A stretch of 21,383 bases of DNA, taken from the NCBI GenBank assembly GCA_963713825.1, contig CAVQNG010000008.1, positions 1 through 21,383 of the forward strand, in the 5' to 3' direction. The notes under the pieces are model-generated. The model did no database searches. It was not told where the DNA came from and saw nothing but the letters and a program-made list of their open reading frames with translations. Within the stretch, counting starts at the first letter, position 1. The number at the start of each line of letters is the position of its first letter. A program made the translations under genes and the position numbers. The stretch is from an uncultured Acidobacteriota bacterium. GTDB taxonomy: Bacteria > Acidobacteriota > Thermoanaerobaculia > Multivoradales > JAHEKO01. Shown here one piece after another: positions 8,787 to 14,543 of the stretch.

Positions 8787-10181
8787 ATGAGGAAGATCTC
8801 GAAGTGTCTGCTCGGAGCTGCGGTGCTGCTGTTGCTCGGAGAGGCTGTCTGTAGTGCCAACCTGATCAGCTACTCGACCTGGCCGGCCCGACGGGACAAG
8901 TTGATGGTGATGGACGAGGACGGAGGCAATCCGGTCGAGGTTCTCGTGATGAGCAAGGGCTCGTTCCCGGGGGGCGGATCGATCTCCCCGGCGGGCTTGG
9001 AGGAGACCTGGATCCTCTTCAATGATCTCGAAAACGTCTACAAGATCCGACCTGACGGCACCGATCAGACTCTGGTCCTTTGCGCCCCGGGCACGACTCA
9101 CCCTTATGGCCTGGGCGATCCGATCTGGTCGCCCGACGGATCCGAGATCCTCGTCACGCCCTATGATGAATTCCATCCCGCCTTCCTCGCGCTGATTCCC
9201 GCGGACCACACCGCGGGCGACACCTGCAACAGTGAATGGACCCAGATCTATGAATTCGACCCGCCCTGGGGCCTGGATGCAGAGCCTGCCTGGAACCATG
9301 ATGGCTCCCGAATCGCCTTTAGTGCATGGAAGCCATCAATCGACCCGGAACGACCCGACGGGGAAATCCAACTGGTCGTCATCGATCGTCTGGCGTCGGG
9401 GGCCTGGGAGCGTATCGATGATCCCATCCCTCTAGATTACGGCTTCTCACCTATGGACTTCTCCTGGCGGCCGCAGGCAGAGAGCCTTCTGCTGATATGC
9501 CGCGTGAGGGACGACCATGGCGTCTGGCTCGCTTCGGTCGACCTCGATACCGGCGCCTGGGACTATGTCCTGGACGGGGGCAGTCGAATCGAGATGACTC
9601 TCGGTAGTACCCCCCGTTGGTCGTCCAACGGGGAGGAGATTCTCTTCACGGACCCCGAGGGCGATCTGGTCATCTGGAATTACCTCAACGGTTCCCGCCG
9701 GACTGTCGGCTCCGGCACCTGGGCCGATTGGCAGCGGGATGTCGTCGTCAGCTTTTGTGAAGCGGACATTGATTGCGATGATGGCAACGAGTGCACGACC
9801 GACACCTGTTTGGCTGGCACCTGTAGCCACGCTAGCTTGGACGGTGACGGGTGCGGCGACGGTGGCTGGTGCGTGGATGATTCCTGTCTCGAGCCTGAAT
9901 GTGAATTCGACACCGATTGCGAAGACTCCAACGAATGCACGACCGAGGAGTGCGTCGGATATGCCTGTGTCGTGACCGACGTCGCGGCGGGCACTCCCTG
10001 CACCGACGATGGAGACTTCTGCACGGTCGACGCCTGCAACGGAGCTGGCGCCTGCGAGAACGTCTTCGATCCGAATCTCCCCGGCTGTGAACCTCTCTGC
10101 GGAATCGTGGGAGACCCCTGCAGCTCCGGTGCCGACTGCTGTTCCGGCCTCTGCCACCCGAAGAAGCACGTGTGCAAGTAG
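8787..10181 (+). CDS. Secreted beta-propeller + Cys-rich + knottin-like protein, paralog 3
   Basis: AGGAGG RBS (GTG 8784 is an alternative start). Signal peptide nearly identical to paralog 1, WSPDGSEILV, AWNHDGSRIAF, PRWSSNGEEILF. Tail from NECTTDTC onward is identical to paralog 2. Confidence 0.85.
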   Translation: MRKISKCLLGAAVLLLLGEAVCSANLISYSTWPARRDKLMVMDEDGGNPVEVLVMSKGSFPGGGSISPAGLEETWILFNDLENVYKIRPDGTDQTLVLCAPGTTHPYGLGDPIWSPDGSEILVTPYDEFHPAFLALIPADHTAGDTCNSEWTQIYEFDPPWGLDAEPAWNHDGSRIAFSAWKPSIDPERPDGEIQLVVIDRLASGAWERIDDPIPLDYGFSPMDFSWRPQAESLLLICRVRDDHGVWLASVDLDTGAWDYVLDGGSRIEMTLGSTPRWSSNGEEILFTDPEGDLVIWNYLNGSRRTVGSGTWADWQRDVVVSFCEADIDCDDGNECTTDTCLAGTCSHASLDGDGCGDGGWCVDDSCLEPECEFDTDCEDSNECTTEECVGYACVVTDVAAGTPCTDDGDFCTVDACNGAGACENVFDPNLPGCEPLCGIVGDPCSSGADCCSGLCHPKKHVCK

Positions 10182-10256
10182 GCGACCTCGGTCAATTAGC
10201 GTCGGCTAGAGGCGTTTCGGCGACCAGGAGAGCTTCGGCTCCTGGTCGCTGTTTGT
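9785..10256 (+). repeat. ~472-bp near-identical direct repeat, copy B
   Basis: Matches 8239-8710. Confidence 0.9.
10218..10256 (+). terminator. Repeated terminator-like hairpin, copy 3
   Basis: Identical to copy 2. Confidence 0.65.
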
Positions 10257-10274
10257 CTCTAGGTGAAGATTTTC

Positions 10275-10302
10275 GGTCACATTTCGCCACTTCGAGCATC
10301 TC
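10275..10302 (+). promoter_or_regulatory. Putative ECF promoter copy 4
   Basis: GGTCAC 10275-10280 and CATCTC 10297-10302. The spacer ATTTCGCCACTTCGAG has diverged in sequence but is still 16 nt; 58 nt to ATG 10333. Confidence 0.75.
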
Positions 10303-10332
10303 TATTCATGAACGCGCCGAAAGGAGGACGTC

Positions 10333-11763
10333 ATGAAGAGAGCTTCGAAGTGCCTTCTCGGAGCAGCGGTACTGCTGTTGTTCGGGGCCGCCATCTGCAG
10401 CGCCAACCTGATCAGCTACATCGAGCCTAGGGCCAACAAAGAGGTGTTGATCGTGATGGAGGACGACGGCACCAACCCCGTCGAGCTCTTCGTGGCTCGC
10501 AACCGCGACCCTGCCATCGAGGGACCCACGGTGTCGCCCGCGGGCCCCGATGAGTCCTGGATCCTCTTCAACCAACAGCACATCTACAAGATTCCACCAG
10601 GCGGTGGCGATCCGGTCCTGGTGCTTTGCATCGGGGGCACGGACACCTTCGGAGCACCGTACTACTGCCACGGTGCTGGCGGGCGCTGGTCACCCGACGG
10701 ATCGGAGATCCTCTTTCATTGCCATGACTCCGTCGGTTCCCACGAGGGGTCGTCTCTCGCGCTACTAGGCGCTAACCACACAGCGGACGAGACCTGTGCC
10801 AGCGAGTTGATCCGGATCTACGAAGCCCCGTTGCCCTGGGGCGTAGATGGGCCAGCGACCTGGAACCACGATGGCTCACAGATCACCGTTCTGGAGATCA
10901 ATTCGGACAACGAGGAGACCGAGGAAGGCCGCCTGGCCGTGATCGAACGCCAAGCGTCTGGAGTTTGGGAGCGGATCCACACCAAGGAGCTGACTCCAGG
11001 CTCCCCTGATCTGCAGGACCACTATCCACAGGATCTCTCCTGGCAGCCGCAGGCTGAAAGCCGTCTCCTGACCTTCCGTTTGAGGGATGGGGTGGGTTAC
11101 TGGCTCGCTTCGGTCGATCTCGATACCGGCGTCTGGGACTATGTCCTGGACAAGGGGGGGAGTCAGGTCCAGCTGGGTTTCGACAGTTACCCCCGATGGT
11201 CGTCCAACGGTGAGGAGATCCTGTTCACGGACCAGGAGGGCAACCTTGTGCGTTGGACCTACCCTGACGGAGACCGCCAGGTGATCGGCTCCGGATTCCG
11301 GAGCGATTGGCAGCGGGATGCGGTCGCTGGGGTTTGCGGCGACGGAAACTGTGCTGGCTCGGAGAACCAGTGCAACTGTGCACTGGATTGCGGAGCCTAC
11401 CCATCGGATGAAGCCGGACTGTGCAGCGATCTCACAGACAACGATTGCGATGGGCCCATCGACTGCGAGGACAGCGACTGCAAGTGGGACGAGGCCTGCC
11501 CCTTCTGTGGGGACTTCGTTTGTAACGGGGACGAGACAGAGTGCAGCTGTTCCGTGGACTGCGGCACTCCTCCGAGCTCCGAAGCAGGTCTGTGCACAGA
11601 TGGTGTCGACAACGACTGCGATGGCGACTTCGACTGCGATGACCCTGATTGCTCGGACGATCAGGCCTGCACCAGTACGTGTGGAGCCAAGGGCGAGGCC
11701 TGTGCCACAGGCGACGACTGCTGCTCCGGCTTGTGCCACCCGGTGAAGCTGGAGTGCAAGTAG
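10333..11763 (+). CDS. Secreted beta-propeller + Cys-rich + knottin-like protein, paralog 4 (different Cys-rich stalk)
   Basis: 476 aa. Signal peptide and same propeller motifs. Stalk of two CGDxxCxGxExxCxCxxDC...CxDxxDNDCDGxxDCxDxDC units, ending CCSGLCHPVKLECK. Confidence 0.85.
   Translation: MKRASKCLLGAAVLLLFGAAICSANLISYIEPRANKEVLIVMEDDGTNPVELFVARNRDPAIEGPTVSPAGPDESWILFNQQHIYKIPPGGGDPVLVLCIGGTDTFGAPYYCHGAGGRWSPDGSEILFHCHDSVGSHEGSSLALLGANHTADETCASELIRIYEAPLPWGVDGPATWNHDGSQITVLEINSDNEETEEGRLAVIERQASGVWERIHTKELTPGSPDLQDHYPQDLSWQPQAESRLLTFRLRDGVGYWLASVDLDTGVWDYVLDKGGSQVQLGFDSYPRWSSNGEEILFTDQEGNLVRWTYPDGDRQVIGSGFRSDWQRDAVAGVCGDGNCAGSENQCNCALDCGAYPSDEAGLCSDLTDNDCDGPIDCEDSDCKWDEACPFCGDFVCNGDETECSCSVDCGTPPSSEAGLCTDGVDNDCDGDFDCDDPDCSDDQACTSTCGAKGEACATGDDCCSGLCHPVKLECK
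11335..11679 (+). repeat. Internal tandem duplication of a 57-58 aa Cys-rich unit in paralog 4
   Basis: Units start at 11335 (CGDGNCAGSE) and 11506 (CGDFVCNGDE), period 171 nt. Each contains EAGLCxDxxDNDCDG. Confidence 0.8.
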
Positions 11764-11851
11764 GAACCTGATCAGGGTTCTTGTGTCAGGGGAATTGGTG
11801 GCCGGGCTGGTCAGGCTCGGCCACTTGGCGGGTCTCGCCGGCAGATTCGAG

Positions 11852-11881
11852 TGTCACTGCCCTGTCGATTTCGCTATTCTT
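11852..11881 (+). promoter_or_regulatory. Possible ECF-type promoter variant (TGTCAC-N16-CTATTCTT)
   Basis: Conserved upstream of both lipoprotein genes; shares the GTCAC core with the array promoters. Confidence 0.45.
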
Positions 11882-11905
11882 AGGAAGGAAGGAGGGCCGA
11901 GTAAC

Positions 11906-12355
11906 ATGACGCTGTCGAGATCGAGCTCATTCGAGTCGGCGCTGCAGATTGTGGTACTCGCCTCGCTTCTGCTCTTCGGGGCTGCCTGCGGTGGCGGTGG
12001 TGGGAGCAGTCCCACCGAGCCGCTACCACCGGCACCAGAAATCCTGGTCCTCCATGTCAGTTGGGAGTACGACATAGGAGGCGGCCCGATAGCAGGAGTG
12101 ACCCACCCGATCGCGGGTAACACGATCCTTCTACAGAACGTTGATGGAGGGTATTGCGAGGCTGTAGATGGGTGGACTGTGTGCTATCCAGACGTCGCTG
12201 AATGTAGGACAACGCCCGAGGGCGGTCTCCAAGCCTACCACCACGAATCCCTCACGGGCGATCAACCAGGGACGCTGGGTCCTCTCGTGACCTCCGGCTG
12301 CAGCTTCGCCGAGGAATACGGCTACTACACGAAGTGCTGCCTGGTCGATTCCTGA
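11906..12355 (+). CDS. Putative lipoprotein of unknown function, paralog A
   Basis: ATG 11906 follows AAGGAGGG and aligns with the start of paralog B (the ORF-track start at 11783 is too far upstream). LLLFGAA-C-GGGGGSSPTEP is a lipobox-like site plus tether. 149 aa. Confidence 0.75.
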   Translation: MTLSRSSSFESALQIVVLASLLLFGAACGGGGGSSPTEPLPPAPEILVLHVSWEYDIGGGPIAGVTHPIAGNTILLQNVDGGYCEAVDGWTVCYPDVAECRTTPEGGLQAYHHESLTGDQPGTLGPLVTSGCSFAEEYGYYTKCCLVDS

Positions 12356-12362
12356 CGTAGGC

Positions 12363-12403
12363 TTCCGGCCTCTGCCACCAGAAGCAGCACGTGTGTAAGT
12401 AGG
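12363..12403 (+). pseudogene. Remnant of the 3' end of a paralog 2/3-type Cys-rich gene
   Basis: TTCCGGCCTCTGCCACC-AGAAGCAGCACGTGTGTAAGTAGG aligns with TTCCGGCCTCTGCCACCCGAAGAAGCACGTGTGCAAGTAGG (10142-10182; SGLCHPKKHVCK-stop) with only a few differences. Confidence 0.75.
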
Positions 12404-12490
12404 TACTCGGTACGCGGTCTGGCGCCAAGGGAATGGGAGGCCGGGCTGGTCAGGCCCGGCCACTTGGCGGGTTTCGACGGCAGGTCCGAG

Positions 12491-12520
12491 TGTCACGGCT
12501 CTGCCGATTTCCCTATCCTT
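12491..12520 (+). promoter_or_regulatory. Possible ECF-type promoter variant (TGTCAC-N16-CTATCCTT)
   Basis: Homologous to 11852-11881 with the same spacing. Confidence 0.45.
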
Positions 12521-12540
12521 GAGGAGGAAGTAGAAGAACC

Positions 12541-13062
12541 ATGAAGCTGTCGAGTTCGGGGTCATTCGGGTCGGTGCTACAAATCGCAGCACTCGCCTCG
12601 CTTCTGCTCTTCGGGGCTGCCTGCGGTGGCGGTGGTGGGAGTAGCCCAACGGAGCCGGTAGCGCCCGCCCCGGAAGTACTCGTAGTGCATGTCAACTGGG
12701 TGTACGAGGTGGATGAGGATGAGGGCCTGGTGACAGGCACGAGCTACCCTATCGCCGGGAACGAGATCGTTCTTCTCAGTCGCGATGGACATCCTGGCAC
12801 CACTTGTACAAAAGACGGGGTCTGGGCACCGTGCCTTTTCTTCTATGGGGACGACGGCGAGATCGTGGAGGTTGTCTGGAACCCTGAGAATGTCCGTTTC
12901 ATCGCCGAGTGCCGCACCACGTCGGACGGCGAAGTACAGGCCTACTATCATGATCCCTACTCACATTCAGGTCCCGGCACTCTGGGTCCTCTCGTCACCT
13001 CCGGCTGCAGCAGGGCCGAAGAGTGGGGTCACTATGCCCAGTGCTGCCTGGCGGATTCCTGA
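12541..13062 (+). CDS. Putative lipoprotein of unknown function, paralog B
   Basis: 173 aa. Same signal/lipobox-like site and tether. Conserved C-terminus AECRTT...PGTLGPLVTSGCSxAEExGxYxxCCLxDS. Confidence 0.78.
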   Translation: MKLSSSGSFGSVLQIAALASLLLFGAACGGGGGSSPTEPVAPAPEVLVVHVNWVYEVDEDEGLVTGTSYPIAGNEIVLLSRDGHPGTTCTKDGVWAPCLFFYGDDGEIVEVVWNPENVRFIAECRTTSDGEVQAYYHDPYSHSGPGTLGPLVTSGCSRAEEWGHYAQCCLADS

Positions 13063-13163
13063 TTGACCGGAGCCCCACTACAATTCGGGCTGGATCTCGA
13101 AAGGGGGAGCCGAGAGGTCCTGAAACATGGACTCCCCTGACCTGACCTGGGGAGCCGAAGACC

Positions 13164-14501
13164 GTGATCTCCAAGCTCTACTGGAACACCTACACCCTCT
13201 GGCATGCTCGGCGGGAGGCAAAGCTGCCTTTCCTGCCGCTGGAGCAGGTGCTCGCGATGCGGAATTGGCGGTTTCGGAGGATGGTCGAACATGCCTACGG
13301 GACCGTTCCCTTCTACTGGCGGCTGTTCGACGAGCTGGACCTGGTGCCAGGGGACCTTCAGACAGCTGGGGATCTTTCGGAGCTGCCTGTCGTCACGGGC
13401 CGGGATCTTGCGGCTGATCCTCATGACTTCCTGTCCAACAAGTTCTCGGAAGAAGACACCCTGGAGCTGAGCACAACCGGCACCACAGGGCAGTTCAAAA
13501 GGATCTTCTTCGATCCGGCGGCGCTCTTTCAGGCGCGGGCGGCAGGTCTGCGAAAGCGACAGGTGGTGGTCCGGCTGCTCGGCAAGACAGGCAGCTATCG
13601 GGAGCTCGCGGTGGCCCGGGAAGGTGGCACCTGGCCGGTCATCCGGGATTTTTATCGAGATCATTCGTGGATGCCACGAAGGTTCGATTTGAACAGGGCA
13701 TCGATCTCCCCGGCCGATCCGTTTACGAAGAACATCGAGATGATCAATGCCTTCCGGCCGGATGTCATCGTCGGTTTCGGGGCGTATATCGGTGCAATCT
13801 TCCGGTTCGCCACAGAGAACGATGTCGAGATCTTTCCGCCCAGGCTGGTTCAGTACGGAGGTGACACGCTTCAGCCACCCGAGCGGCGTCTGCTCGAAGA
13901 GGACTACGGAATCGTGGTTCTCTCAGCTTTTCAGGCCTGCGAAGCGCTGAACATCGCGTTCCAGTGCGAAGAGCGGCGAGGCTTTCACATCAGTCTCGAC
14001 CAGGTGGCTGTGAGAGTCGTGGACAGTGAAGGCCATGACGTCGAACCAGGTGTCTCCGGGAATCTGGTGATCTCGAACCTGACCAATCGCGCGACCGTGC
14101 TGCTGAACTACCAACTGGGAGACCGCGTGACCCTGGCGAGGGAGCTCTGCCGTTGCGGTCGAACTCTGCCGCTGATCGAGACCCTCGACGGGAGGTCCGA
14201 GGATCTGATCCTGCGCCCAGGCGGAGAGCTGGCACACGAATCGGTGATCCTGTCGCAGGTCTACGATGCTCCCGGGCTGATTCTCCTGCAGCTGGAGCAG
14301 TTGGCGCTGCAGGAGTTCGTTCTGCGGGTTGTCAGCCGCAGGGATGTCGAGTGGGCCGAGACCGAGCGCTACCTGGACCGCACCCTGTGTGCGGTGCTCG
14401 GGGCTGGGGAGGAAGTCTCCCTCACCTTCGAGCGGGTCGACGACATCCCGCTCGAACCTTCGGGCAAGTTCAAGGCGATCCGATCGGCTTGCACCGTTTG
14501 A
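13164..14501 (+). CDS. Phenylacetate-CoA ligase family (PaaK/CapK-like adenylate-forming) protein
   Basis: 445 aa. HAYGTVPFY, P-loop-like STTGTTG, LVISNLTN...LLNYQLGD, CRCGRTLP, GRSED, IPLEPSGKFK. GGGGAG RBS. The substrate cannot be inferred. Confidence 0.88.
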   Translation: MISKLYWNTYTLWHARREAKLPFLPLEQVLAMRNWRFRRMVEHAYGTVPFYWRLFDELDLVPGDLQTAGDLSELPVVTGRDLAADPHDFLSNKFSEEDTLELSTTGTTGQFKRIFFDPAALFQARAAGLRKRQVVVRLLGKTGSYRELAVAREGGTWPVIRDFYRDHSWMPRRFDLNRASISPADPFTKNIEMINAFRPDVIVGFGAYIGAIFRFATENDVEIFPPRLVQYGGDTLQPPERRLLEEDYGIVVLSAFQACEALNIAFQCEERRGFHISLDQVAVRVVDSEGHDVEPGVSGNLVISNLTNRATVLLNYQLGDRVTLARELCRCGRTLPLIETLDGRSEDLILRPGGELAHESVILSQVYDAPGLILLQLEQLALQEFVLRVVSRRDVEWAETERYLDRTLCAVLGAGEEVSLTFERVDDIPLEPSGKFKAIRSACTV

Positions 14502-14543
14502 GCTCCCGCCTCGACGGGGGCGCTCCCAAGCGCGGTGGTACCG

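Noticed and set aside
7079-10256. Three ~35-nt hairpin repeats as a CRISPR array or integron attC sites
   Set aside because: They are ~1.55 kb apart and flank paralogous genes with their own promoters. There are no cas or integrase genes and no complementary RYYYAAC/GTTRRRY ends.
8239-10256. Diversity-generating retroelement TR/VR pair
   Set aside because: No reverse transcriptase. The two mismatches are C/T and G/C synonymous changes, not adenine-specific.
11783-11905. Extended N-terminus of lipoprotein A from the ORF track
   Set aside because: It overlaps the conserved non-coding leader. ATG 11906 has an RBS and matches the start of paralog B.
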